Positions 1-12,789 of a stretch of DNA of 64,000 nt are shown here, piece after piece. The notes under the pieces are model-generated. The model searched no databases, was not told the DNA's origin, and was given only the letters and a program-made list of their open reading frames with translations. The DNA is from Gordius albopunctatus. Lineage: Eukaryota. The translations under genes were made by a program, and so were the position numbers. Every line of letters begins with the position of its first letter. The first letter of the stretch is position 1. The DNA lies in contig OZ193909.1 of NCBI GenBank assembly GCA_964276515.1, forward strand, positions 992,001-1,056,000. The letters are read 5' to 3'.

Positions 1-3
1 GGG

Positions 4-624
4 TTGGCAGAGAGAGGAATTCAAACTTTGAAGAAAAGGTACGCGGCTACCAAAATGCAGAAGACGAGCCCTCATGAATGTTTGTCAGAGGTATTGATGA
101 CTTACCGAATAAGCACTTTAAATTCAACAGGATCATCACCATATAAGCTAATGTTTGGACGACATATGAAAACGGCCTCGGATTGGGCACGATCTCCGGT
201 TAAGTCAAAATTGGAAAAACAGGTTTGGTTAACCGAGGAAAGGCATAACAAAGGATTAAAGAGTCCAGAATTTCTCTCAGAACAACCGGTATGGGTAAGG
301 AATGAAACGAGACCCAGATGGCGTGAAGGTTCGGTAATTACTAGAACAGGGCCCTTGTCCTACTCAGTGGAAGCGGATGGGAGGATATTGCGGAAGCACG
401 CCGACCAACTAAGGAATAGATTCTTAGATACACGACAAGAGCCTGTACAATCTTCTTCTCCACAAGGGTCAGTTACGCCTCGGGGAGAGTTTGGGATTGA
501 ATCGTCATTTACGTCAGGAGAAGAGACGGAATTAGCGGGGGAGGAGAGACAATCTAACTTAGGTCACACGTCTCGCCCAAAATGCGACGTTCGCCCACCT
601 TCAAGACTTATCAAAGAAATATAA
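4..624 (+). CDS. Ty3/Gypsy retrotransposon integrase, C-terminal part (element runs off window start)
   Basis: ORF has integrase-core end AERGIQTLK..YR..TGSSPYKLMFGR and C-terminal W..G.V...GPLSY.V....R.HADQLR; followed by polypurine tract AAAGAAAGGGAGGA (634-647). Confidence 0.85.
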   Translation: MAERGIQTLKKRYAATKMQKTSPHECLSEVLMTYRISTLNSTGSSPYKLMFGRHMKTASDWARSPVKSKLEKQVWLTEERHNKGLKSPEFLSEQPVWVRNETRPRWREGSVITRTGPLSYSVEADGRILRKHADQLRNRFLDTRQEPVQSSSPQGSVTPRGEFGIESSFTSGEETELAGEERQSNLGHTSRPKCDVRPPSRLIKEI

Positions 625-651
625 TTAAAACCCAAAGAAAGGGAGGACATA

Positions 652-832
652 TGTTATATATTGTAATATTGTATTTTAATATTGTATTTTAATCTTATTT
701 GATAATTTCGGTTCGTATTTTATAGATACCCTTTGTTTGAATTTGATATATAATTCCATTCCCATATGTTTTAGCGTTATTGTTTTATCGAGATATCCAA
801 TAAATTTATGTTATAATTTCCAGTTGTAATAC
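652..832 (+). repeat. 3' LTR of the Gypsy element
   Basis: Starts TGTTAT just after the PPT, contains AATAAA, and matches the solo copy at 56623-56752. Confidence 0.75.
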
Positions 833-1160
833 GGCTGCCCCCAAATTTAAAAAAAATGTTCATTTTTCCCCTCCCTGTATCATTATTGCCTTTCTCTAAT
901 TCCAATGCTACGCCCGAGTTTGTCATTCAAGCCCCAAACTTGAAATTTTATCATTGTTAAACATTTTTGGTATGTGTAAACAAGTCAGACTAGATACGTT
1001 TTTTTATAAATATCATTTTATAAAATCGGTGAGTTTGAATTGATAATCTATGTAGAGGGAAATTGAGATGTCCAAATAGTGTGCTAAGCCAAATTAATAG
1101 CAATAGGTTTCTAATGTGAATGTAATAGTAGCTATTAAAATTTTTTAATAGGTAAGAAAT

Positions 1161-1662
1161 ATGGCACTTATCATCTGTGTCCTCATATTTCTACACTATC
1201 GACCTAGTCAGGATTATATTTAGGGTTTTAAGATAGACGGAATGAAGGTTTCTCGAAGTGTTTACTATAAAATGTTATATAAATAATAATTTTTTGATTT
1301 AAAGTCAGCTGGCCACGCTTTACTCTGCACACTTTCCTGGATCCAATATATTTTAAACTAATCAAATCCTGTTAGGTGGGTGCGAATATAAGCAAAACGT
1401 GAATTTCACAAAAATTGTTGGAGTCGGGGAATTTACGGGAAAACCTGATAAATGTGAACGCTGCATTTGTTCAAGCAAAGTACTTGATAGCGGATCTACA
1501 AAATACACCTACGTATGCAAAGCGTAATTAATTAATTATTGTATATTTATGTTCTATAAAAATTTTAGGTGCGTATCAGTTTATGGTACTAAAAATTGTA
1601 AAGTAGGGGATAATACGAAACCACATCCACATTGCTGCCCTAAGTGTTATATCGACCACTAA
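1161..1662 (+). CDS. Small secreted Cys-rich single-VWC (SVWC/Vago/La1-like) protein, copy 1
   Basis: Exons 1376-1523 and 1569-1662 (45-nt GT-AG intron) read GCEYKQNVNFTKIVGVGEFTGKPDKCERCICSSKVLDSGSTKYTYVCKACVSVYGTKNCKVGDNTKPHPHCCPKCYIDH*; hydrophobic MALIICVLIFLH from ATG 1161 is a likely signal-peptide exon (5' structure uncertain). Confidence 0.7.
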
Positions 1663-2054
1663 CATTTAAACGAGATCAACGTCAAATCTAATGTTAAATC
1701 TATGTTTGCCAATAATTGCAACATTGTGATATAATGATTTATTAAATTTACAAATTATAATATGCAACTTGAATTATTGTGTTTACATAATGTTAGACTT
1801 AAAACTATGTTTGCCAAAAATTGCGGCATTTTTAGTAAAATGCGTTATTAAATAAATGCAATATGTGACTTGATTTATTATGTTGATCATAGATAATGTT
1901 AGCCATCCAATAAAAGTAACAATTTTATTGCCAGTTAGCCCTAATAAATACTATTTGGATTCCAGATGGAGTACAGAAAAGCATGTAACAGTCACTCTTA
2001 GGAACATTCTGTATAGGACCTAAACAGTAGCTATATAATCGTGAATTAATTGAA

Positions 2055-5000
2055 TAAATACATTATATTTAGTGGTTAAACCGCGAGGTATGTTTGATTG
2101 GTCAATTAACGTCGCGAAGTAGTAAAGTAATGTAAATGAGTCAATTAAGTTACAAAGTAGACATAAGTCATATGCCGCTAGCAATCAATTAAGGTAATGT
2201 ACGCAACAAATATTCCGCTGGGTAAAAACGGAGTTCATATAAAATTAACAAATTTTTTGGGCCAATAAACTTGTCGACCTGACTTTGTAATGGTTGGGTT
2301 GGGAAGTGGTACGCTAGGTTTTGTGGAAGGTTTTGTAGAAGAAACAATGGTAGGTTGGTTTAAATTTTGGTTCGGTGACTGATTGTTTGCTTTGGGTTAA
2401 TTTGGGTCAACTGATGAATTCGGGTTATCAACCTTAGGCTCGAGGAAAGCTGGCTTTAATCGATCAATCGAGACAGTGTCTTTCCTCCCATTGTGGTCTA
2501 TGATAAAAAATTTAGTATGTTTTTCAATCACTTTGAAAGGTCCTTCATAGGGGGGAACCAAGGCTTTGCGTAGCCGATCAGTCCTTATAAACATGAGTTG
2601 ATGTAAATAAATTTTCGGACATTTGTTGTTTGATGTTCGATGGTCTGGAAGGTGTAAATCGTACATCATCGAACTGCTGTCTAAGGCGTTGGATGTAATC
2701 GGCGGCGTTTATGTCGCAATTCGATGGTTGTAAAAAATCTCCTGGGAGTCGTAAAGAAGTACCGTATACCAGCTCAGGGCTTGAACAGGCGCGGTCTTCC
2801 TTGACGGTGTTGCGAATCCCTAGGAGTACAAGGGCAATATGTTCAGACCAACGGGTAACGTCACCCTTTGTCATGATTGAACTTTTGAGCTGTCGGTGAA
2901 ATCGCTCTACCATCCCATTGGCTTGTGGATGGTAAGCTGTCGTAGTGATATCGTGATAACCTAGTAAAATAGATAATTGTTTAAAAAGGGTTGATTGGAA
3001 TTGCGGTCCAAGGTCCGTGGTTAATGTAGCCGGAATACTAAAGTTGGCTATCCAGTGTGTCAAAAATGTGCGTGCAACGGTTTCGGCTCGTTAATGGGAA
3101 TTGCAATCGGCCATCGGGTGAAACGATCAATGCCAGTAAAAATGTAAATGTGGCCGTTAGAAGGTGGTAAGGGTCCAACGAGATCTACATGTACGTGGCT
3201 AAACCTTGCGTCTGGTTCAGCGAACGTGCCTAGGGTTGATATTACGTGTTTATTTACCTTGCATTTTTGACATGCACTGCATTGCTTTGTCCAATAGCGT
3301 ACATCTTTGTTCATTCCCGGCCAGACGAAACGTTGGGCGATTAGTTTAAGTGTTGGGCGTAAGGCTGGGTGAGAAAGACCATGTAGTTGATTAAAAACTA
3401 TGCGTCGGAGCGTCCTAGGTACTAAAGGTCTCGAAGTCGATGTAGATGTATCGCACGTAATAGTTAAATTTGTACCTGGAATTAAGCGTTGTTCCAGTCT
3501 AACGCTTTAGAGCTCTTCTAGTTGATATTGCTCTTGTTTTTGTGTCATAGCAATTCTTTCTGTGAGTGACGTGTTTGGTTGTTGTATGGAATCGATATCG
3601 ATTTGGGACAAAGTGTCTTCTACTAAATTCGCTTTACCTTTAATAAACTGTATATCTGAAGTAAATTGGGAGATATAGTCTAATTATCGTATTTCGCGCG
3701 GCGAGTATTTATCGGATTTAGAAGTGTGAGCGTAAGTTAACGATTTGTGATCAGTAAAAATTGTAAAATCGCGACCTTCTAAAATATGTCGGTAATGTTT
3801 AATTGAAAGATAAATTGCTAGCAGTTCTCTCCCGAATGTACTGTATCGAGTTTGTGTTTTACTCAATTTCAGGGAGAAAAAAGATAAAGGACTAATTTCC
3901 CCTTTTACGATCTGATGTAAAACGGCTCCAATAGCAGAGTTTGACGCCTCGGTTGTAATAAATATGTTGACACCATCCACTAAATGATTAAGGGTCGAGA
4001 TTTTATCGAGCATTATTTTAATCTCGTGGAATGCGTCATGTCCAAGAGATCAGTCAGTGGTTGTATATGGAGTGCACAGTTTGGTATTAAACGCCTGTAA
4101 AAATTTACCATTCCCACGAAATGACGTAGTTGTTTAGTAGTGGTCGGGGTGGCGAAATTCTTGATAGCTGAGATCTTATCCGGTATTGGCGTTAAACCTT
4201 GTGGGGAAACTTGATGTCCTAGGAAATCCAGAGAAGAACGTCCCCATTGGCACTTGTCAAGATTGATCTTTATATCAAAATCTCTTAATCGTGTAAAAAC
4301 TTGACGTAAGTGGTCTAAATGTTCACTAGTTGATGTACTTGCGATCAAAATATCGCCCAAATATGCGAAGGCGAAATATTGAGACCACGAAGAGCTTTGT
4401 CAATGAAGCGTTGGAATGTTTTAGCAGCATTTTGTAAAACAAACTCATTCTCAAAAATTTATAAAGACCGAAAGGTGTGGTTATTGCAGTCTTTGAGATG
4501 TCTTCCAAGGCTACGGGTATTTTATGGTAAGCCCTGACTGGATCTATTTTGTATAGATGGTTGTGCCGGCTAGGTTGAGTGAGAAACCGTGTAGGTGTGG
4601 CAAGGGATAACGATCCGGTATCGTTATAACATTAAGAGCTCGGTAATCTCCACACGGTCGCCAATCTCCGGGAGTTTTTTTGGAACCATGTGCAATGGAG
4701 AACTCCAGGAGCTTTCTGAGGGTTGAATTATGCCGAGTTCGAGCATGTGAGCAAACTTCTGTTTGGCAATTATTAGATTGACAGTGTCTAAGCGTCTACG
4801 TCTGGCATAAACGGGTGGTCATAGTGTACGTATGTGGTGGACTACTTGGTGGCTTACGCGTGACCTGTAATTTGGAGGGACATAAATCTCGGGGAACTCT
4901 TTCAAAATATTTTTAAAATACGGTGAATCGATCCTTATTGCGAGTTGTAATACGTATATTTGTATATCATTGTCTACAGATTATATTATTGCTATAATTA

Positions 5001-6160
5001 TATAGTTTAATATTGTAAACACAAATCCGAGTTGATAGAAAAACATATGTTTTGATATATATAATTTATCTTTTGTTCTTTAGTTTCCCCACCCCGGCCT
5101 TAGATCAATAAAATTATTCTTATTATTATTCCTATTATTAGTTTTCTATAATTTTAACAAATGGTGATTGTGAAAGAAGAACTCAAGCCTCAATTAAGCC
5201 AAGGTTATTGAACAAAAAGAGTGAAGAAATAATTCAAAATTCAGTGCTTAATTCTAAGGAGGAAAAGGGATAATAAGAATTCAGGGTATTAATTCATTTT
5301 TCTAGGGAGATCATAAGAACTTATGATGTGAATTCAATTAGAATCCAATGGATAATAAGAACTCAGGATGTTAATTCATTATTCTATGGATATGAGAGGA
5401 TAGGAGTATTCCCAACTTAAAATAGAAAACCACATATGAATTTAACCCTCCCACTAGCTTCCCCAAAACCCACTTTTACAAATCCACACCCTCAAACACC
5501 CATATTTCCCCTTCTGACAATTTCCACCCCATCTCACCTTCCCAGCTAATCCATTCTTGGAACTAGCATCCCCAGAGTCCAAGTTGCCAAGTCCACACCC
5601 TAAAACCCTCCATATTTGCCCTACTGACAATTTCCATCCCATCTCACCCTTACAGCTAGCCCACTTCAAAAGTATTGAATGTTACACATTGTTGTTGGAA
5701 CATATGGTCTAATAACTCATTCTTTAAAGGGAAAAGTGTCGTATATGTGAATACGTATATTTGCATATCATTTTCTACAGATTTTATATTATTACTATAA
5801 TTATATAGTTTAATATTGTAAGCCAAAATCCGAGTTGGCAGAAAAACATATGTTTTGATATATATAATTTATCTTTTGTTCTTTAGTTTCCCCACCCCGG
5901 CCTTAGATCAATAAAATTATTCTTATTATTATTCCTATTATTAGTTTTCTATAATTTCAACAAAATTATACAAGTTTGAGTCAATATATCGATTGACCAT
6001 GTCTTTGAGCGTCTCAATATCGTTGCTTGATCTCTGTGTGGCAGGGGCGACATTGGATATTTGCGGCGTGTGGCACGTTTCCGCGATTTTATCAGCTGTT
6101 TTAGCTAGCTTGACTAAAGTCTGGTCACTTGCACAGATCGCAAAGATGCTGGCCATTAAT
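2055..6160 (-). mobile_element. Degenerate Ty3/Gypsy element (gag remnant, RT, RNase H, integrase, 3' LTR remnant)
   Basis: Broken ORFs: gag LAKTADKIAE (5941-6156), RT KTAITTPFG/DILIAS, RNase H RYSTFGRELLAIY..TDHKSL, integrase HVDLVGPLP/TTAYHPQANGMVERFHR, PYEGPF; stops and frameshifts; protease region missing; outer LTR edge uncertain. Confidence 0.9.
4946..5962 (+). mobile_element. Non-autonomous about 1-kb LTR element (TRIM-like) nested in the Gypsy element
   Basis: Two near-identical about 215-bp TG..CA repeats (4946-5159, 5746-5962), TGG-starting PBS-like site at 5162, purine tract AAAGGGAAAAG before LTR2, non-coding interior. Confidence 0.8.
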
Positions 6161-6375
6161 TAACCCTTCGTGGTAGAAAGGGTTTAAACACAATAATTTG
6201 CTATTATCAACATCCTTATTTGATTTGCGTAATGAAATTATATCTGATGGAAATTCATTCTCTTGCACAATTTTTAATATTGTTAGCCATGCATTATCAA
6301 GCTCGTTGGTAGACAATGATTTGTTGTACGATTGGCCGCTGTTGCGGGCCTTATGTTTTGTATTAGTGTAAAATC

Positions 6376-9114
6376 TTAAACAATCCGTGTGAGTTTGCGA
6401 AAGCTTGAATATTGATTAAAGATTGAGTCGGGCTCTACTGTAGTTGTTAAGCTGACAATTTTGCGCTCGGGAATGTTCGATGTTTCACTTAGGGAATTTG
6501 GTTTAACCGTATAATTAGTAGAAAGCCATGCAGGTCCTACCCACCATCTATTGTTATTAATTAGTTCAGCTGGTGAGCAACCTCTTGATAATACATCAGC
6601 TGGATTCTCGCAGGTTCTGATGTGACTCCATTGGTAATTTTTAAATTCCTGTATTTTGGACACTCTGTTACCCACGAACGTGTTCCAATCACATGGAGAG
6701 CCTTTCAACCATACTAGAACTATTATAGAATCAGTCCAACATATTGTCGTAGACACCGATAGCTGTAGAGATAAGAGCACTCTATTTAGTAATTTTGTTA
6801 ATAACAAAGCACCACATAGTTCGAGTTTTGGAATTGAAATGCTTCTTATTGGCGCTACTCGAGACTTGGAACATAACAATCTGCTTGCCCATTTTCCATC
6901 CTCACCCGATCGAATGTAGATGCATGCCCCATAAGCAATTTCACTAGCATCACAAAAGCCATGAATTTCAATAGTTGCGGGGTTACAATGTGTGATAACA
7001 CGACGAGGAATGTCGAGTGCGCTAAGTGATGTGAATTGATTTTCAAAAGAATCCCATTTTTTTACAAACTGTTCCGGCAATGTTTCGTCCCATGACATTT
7101 CAAGCTTATAAAGTTGTTGCATGAATAACTTTGCTCTTGTTAGAACTGGACCTATTAATCCAAGCGGATCAAAGATTTGCGCTATTTTTGATAAAATCCT
7201 TCGTTTTGACATTCTCTTGTCCTCAACTTCCGACGTTAGGTTGAATCTGATATTGTCAGTGAGCGGATTCCAAAATACTCCTAAAGTTTTGGTGTTGTTG
7301 TGTTTGTCTAATGGTATAATGTCATCACTGGATATTGTCGACAAATGATCGAATAAGGAAGTTGAGTTTGTGGCCCACTTCCTTAACTTAAAACCACCCT
7401 TAATTAACAGTGTTTGAATTTGAAGGATAATTTCCTTGGCCTCAGGAATATTAGAAGCTCCGGTTAGTAAATCATCCACATAGAAATCCTCCTTAGCCTT
7501 GGAAGATCCAATGGGAAACCTTATGGATTCATCTTTCAATTGTTGAAGAGTCTTGGTTGCTAAATAGGGAGCCGCCGAGGTTCCATAGGTGACAGTCAAG
7601 AGATCATATGATGTAATTGGATGTGACTTGTCATCTCGCCATAATATTCTTTGTAATTGGGTATGTTTCGGGGTTATCAGAATCTGTCGGTACATCTTTT
7701 CTCCATCCGCAGTAATTGCTATGTTGTGTTTGCAAAATCTCAAGAGAATAGGTATAAGGTCTTGTTGAACTTTAGGACCAACCATAAGAGTTTCATTCAA
7801 AGAAACTCCCGAAGAAGATTTAGCGGAGCCATCAAAGACTACTCTCAATTTAGTGGTGAGGCTATCTAGTTTGAAAACTGCATGATGGGGTAAATAAAAC
7901 ACAGGGAGTTCAGAGTGTTTATTACAATTTGTGGGAATGAGATGGCCTAGGTTTTTGTATTCATGAATAAATTTGGTGTATTCTTCATATAACACTTTGT
8001 TTTTTGTTAATTTTCTTTCAAGGGAAAGAAATCTGTGTAGGGCTAATTGGTAGGTACCTCCAATTTGATTGACATTAGCCCTAAATGGAAGGTGCACAAT
8101 AAATCTTACATTTGTGTCACGTACATAAGTCGTTTCAAATATTTTTTCACATTCAGCCTCCTCCTCACTTATCGGTAATTTTTGATTAATTTCTTCTATG
8201 TCCCAAAATTTAGTTAATTGATTTTGCAATGAGTGCGTAGATATGTTACATAGTTTCGTTTTGATTGGGACACTTATGTTGTAAGGAGGGCAGGGGCCCG
8301 AAACTACCCAACCATGTTTTGTGTTTTGTAGTACCAACCGGCCTTTACCAAATTGTAATTGCTCTGCCCTTAATAAGTCCCAAAATAACTCGGCACCAAT
8401 AAGAATATCCAATGTACTTGATTTATTAAAACTTGGATCTGCAAGAGTGATGTTATCGGGGATGGATACATTTGATTTAGGAAAAGAGAGTAAAGGCAAG
8501 TTTGATGTTATCTTGTCGATTACCAAAAACTTTGTTGATTTGTTGAATTGGCTAAATTTAGATTTGAGGCAAGTAAAAATGTATGAGTTGATTGGGGCGT
8601 GAATTTGATTGATGCCACCTATAGATACTGATGTGGGATGTTGCTTGTTTTGTAATGTATTGGCCAAGTTCGTGGTGATAAAGTTTGATTGTGAGCCTGA
8701 GTCTAACAATGCCCGGCACGAATGAAATACACCTTTTGAATCTTGTATTTCCACAATGGCTGTTGGCAGAAGAATTTGCGAATTTTGACCATAGCATGTA
8801 TTGTTTGCCGACTCATGCAAATTGCCATAAGTCAAGTCTGACCTATGCAGTAAGGTATTATGCCTTTTCTGGCAAATCTTACAAGTTCCGGCTCTGCATT
8901 GATAGGCATTATGGTTTTGCCTAAGATAGTTTAGGCACAAAACCCTTTTCTTGACCCATTCATATTTTCCATTAATTGAACTATTTAAAAATATTTCACA
9001 CTGGTATACAAAATGTGACTGATTGCATATTACACATGAAGGATTAGAAGTAGCAAGGTTGATTGAGGATCTGTAAGAAGGGAATTTGGTGATAGGTTCG
9101 ACAGAACAAGGCAC
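6376..9114 (-). pseudogene. BEL/Pao gag-pol fragment (Zn knuckles, protease, RT, RNase H)
   Basis: 912-aa ORF with CVICNQSH..C, LLDSGSQ, YLPHHAV, KLRVVFDGSA, FYVDDLL, HGFCDAS, IPKLELCG, WTDS, ENPADVLSRG; flanking frames are disrupted. Confidence 0.9.
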
Positions 9115-9918
9115 CTTTGTGATAAAAATTCTGTAAAGGTTGGAGTTTCATCCATTTTTATTGAGTTTTCCCAAACCTTAACAGTGATTGAGTCTAACTT
9201 GTTGGTTAAAGAAATATAAGCAGGTCGTCCCAATGGTCAACTGGGCAATTTAGTGATTTCAGGGCACGGGTATGTTTTAAAATGTTGTCAAGTAGATGGC
9301 GAAGCTCTTGGCCTGATTCTCTTTTAATAGTACCCAACTGAAATAAGGCCTTGATGTGTTGATTAATGATAAGACGTTTATTGTTATATCTTTTCTGAAG
9401 TAAATCCCAGGCCACTTCATAATTTTGGGATGTAATTTCTAATGATTCAATGATATTTGCTGCAGGGCCCTTAATTTATAATTTTAAATAGTTTAATTTT
9501 TCAATATCACTGACATTATTGTTTTCATGGATCAAAGTCTTAAATAGACCAGAAAAATTGATCCAGTCCTCATATTTGCCACCAAACTGTGGCAAATCTA
9601 TAGATGGAAGTTTAGGTTTAGACAAAGCAGCTGAATTACTCTGGTTAAGATTATTGATTTTTGCTTGACTTTAGCTACAGCCTCATAGTACATATTCTCG
9701 AGCTCCAAAATCTGTTGACAATCACCTTCTTCATTTGAAATACTTTCACTTAAATTCACAAATTTGTTGTAAGATAATTTTAAATCATCCAGTCTGCAGA
9801 TTAAATTAAGGGAATCATCTGTTTCTCAGCAAAACTGGAGAAGACGAGTTATGGTGTGCAGAATATCTGTTCTTTTGGAATTTACCTTAGGTTTCATATT
9901 TAATAATCCAAGAGCTGG

Positions 9919-9936
9919 ATCCGGCTCGAAGGACCA
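9919..9936 (-). other. Primer-binding site complementary to the tRNA-Tyr 3' end
   Basis: Minus strand TGGTCCTTCGAGCCGGAT, 3 nt inside the LTR end at 9940. Confidence 0.8.
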
Positions 9937-10122
9937 AAATGTTGAAGATTTTGTTTATTTAAATGTTTTAGAGTGAATTATGTGAATGAATTAAGAACGT
10001 ATAACATGTGAGATTGCGAATGTGAAAACTTGCTTAATGTGTATTGTTATGGAATGCGAATGAATGTGATTGATTATAAAATGTGTGGTGATGATGCGAT
10101 TGTTGAATGTGTTAACAGGGAG

Positions 10123-12606
10123 GTATGTATGTATGTATGTATGTATGTATGTATGTATGTATGTATGTATGTATGTATGTATGTATGTATGTATGTATGT
10201 ATGTATGTATGTATGTATGTATGTATGTATGTATGTATGTATGTATGTATGTATGTATGTATGTATGTATGTATGTATGTATGTATGTATGTATGTATGT
10301 ATGTATGTATGTATGTATGTATGTATGTATGTATGTATGTATGTATGTATGTATGTATGTATGTATGTATGTATGTATGTATGTATGTATGTATGTATGT
10401 ATGTATGTATGTATGTATGTATGTATGTATGTATGTATGTATGTATGTATGTATGTATGTATGTATGTATGTATGTATGTATGTATGTATGTATGTATGT
10501 ATGTATGTATGTATGTATGTATGTATGTATGTATGTATGTATGTATGTATGTATGTATGTATGTATGTATGTATGTATGTATGTATGTATGTATGTATGT
10601 ATGTATGTATGTATGTATGTATGTATGTATGTATGTATGTATGTATGTATGTATGTATGTATGTATGTATGTATGTATGTATGTATGTATGTATGTATGT
10701 ATGTATGTATGTATGTATGTATGTATGTATGTATGTATGTATGTATGTATGTATGTATGTATGTATGTATGTATGTATGTATGTATGTATGTATGTATGT
10801 ATGTATGTATGTATGTATGTATGTATGTATGTATGTATGTATGTATGTATGTATGTATGTATGTATGTATGTATGTATGTATGTATGTATGTATGTATGT
10901 ATGTATGTATGTATGTATGTATGTATGTATGTATGTATGTATGTATGTATGTATGTATGTATGTATGTATGTATGTATGTATGTATGTATGTATGTATGT
11001 ATGTATGTATGTATGTATGTATGTATGTATGTATGTATGTATGTATGTATGTATGTATGTATGTATGTATGTATGTATGTATGTATGTATGTATGTATGT
11101 ATGTATGTATGTATGTATGTATGTATGTATGTATGTATGTATGTATGTATGTATGTATGTATGTATGTATGTATGTATGTATGTATGTATGTATGTATGT
11201 ATGTATGTATGTATGTATGTATGTATGTATGTATGTATGTATGTATGTATGTATGTATGTATGTATGTATGTATGTATGTATGTATGTATGTATGTATGT
11301 ATGTATGTATGTATGTATGTATGTATGTATGTATGTATGTATGTATGTATGTATGTATGTATGTATGTATGTATGTATGTATGTATGTATGTATGTATGT
11401 ATGTATGTATGTATGTATGTATGTATGTATGTATGTATGTATGTATGTATGTATGTATGTATGTATGTATGTATGTATGTATGTATGTATGTATGTATGT
11501 ATGTATGTATGTATGTATGTATGTATGTATGTATGTATGTATGTATGTATGTATGTATGTATGTATGTATGTATGTATGTATGTATGTATGTATGTATGT
11601 ATGTATGTATGTATGTATGTATGTATGTATGTATGTATGTATGTATGTATGTATGTATGTATGTATGTATGTATGTATGTATGTATGTATGTATGTATGT
11701 ATGTATGTATGTATGTATGTATGTATGTATGTATGTATGTATGTATGTATGTATGTATGTATGTATGTATGTATGTATGTATGTATGTATGTATGTATGT
11801 ATGTATGTATGTATGTATGTATGTATGTATGTATGTATGTATGTATGTATGTATGTATGTATGTATGTATGTATGTATGTATGTATGTATGTATGTATGT
11901 ATGTATGTATGTATGTATGTATGTATGTATGTATGTATGTATGTATGTATGTATGTATGTATGTATGTATGTATGTATGTATGTATGTATGTATGTATGT
12001 ATGTATGTATGTATGTATGTATGTATGTATGTATGTATGTATGTATGTATGTATGTATGTATGTATGTATGTATGTATGTATGTATGTATGTATGTATGT
12101 ATGTATGTATGTATGTATGTATGTATGTATGTATGTATGTATGTATGTATGTATGTATGTATGTATGTATGTATGTATGTATGTATGTATGTATGTATGT
12201 ATGTATGTATGTATGTATGTATGTATGTATGTATGTATGTATGTATGTATGTATGTATGTATGTATGTATGTATGTATGTATGTATGTATGTATGTATGT
12301 ATGTATGTATGTATGTATGTATGTATGTATGTATGTATGTATGTATGTATGTATGTATGTATGTATGTATGTATGTATGTATGTATGTATGTATGTATGT
12401 ATGTATGTATGTATGTATGTATGTATGTATGTATGTATGTATGTATGTATGTATGTATGTATGTATGTATGTATGTATGTATGTATGTATGTATGTATGT
12501 ATGTATGTATGTATGTATGTATGTATGTATGTATGTATGTATGTATGTATGTATGTATGTATGTATGTATGTATGTATGTATGTATGTATGTATGTATGT
12601 ATGTAT
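10123..12606. repeat. Perfect (GTAT)n tetranucleotide array, about 620 units
   Basis: Uninterrupted repeat seen directly. Confidence 0.99.
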
Positions 12607-12789
12607 TTGCCCCGATGACATTCAAGAGCTTAGCTAAATCGGCAAGCTAAGATTGAGTCCAATCTGACACCTATGCGGTGCATCTCGGGCCACGATAACC
12701 AAAGGTTACGTGTTCAATTGTTAGTAGGTTAGTTGTTAGTGTATGTTTATATAAATGGAATAGCATGTTAGTAGTTAATATATATATAT

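Larger units (their letters stand above)
6160..12770 (-). mobile_element. BEL/Pao LTR retrotransposon, 3'-truncated (no integrase or 3' LTR)
   Basis: Gag fragments (AWDLLQKRYNNKRLI), Zn knuckles, pol ORF, PBS and 5' LTR from 9940; far LTR edge beyond the microsatellite is approximate. Confidence 0.85.

Noticed and set aside
1306..1340. Possible extra SVWC mini-exon (QLATLYSAHFPG)
   Set aside because: No GT donor at the expected position and absent from copy 2; unresolved without cDNA
1984..2208. TG..CA segment as the complete Gypsy 3' LTR
   Set aside because: 1984-2050 aligns with the paralogous host flank at about 55550-55630, so the TG at 1984 is probably host sequence
9919..9936. tRNA-Tyr fragment as an RNA gene
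   Set aside because: Only 18 nt, positioned as the BEL primer-binding site
9991..12650. Five 837-876 aa ORFs (HTYI/MYVC repeats)
   Set aside because: Artefacts of the stop-free (GTAT)n microsatellite
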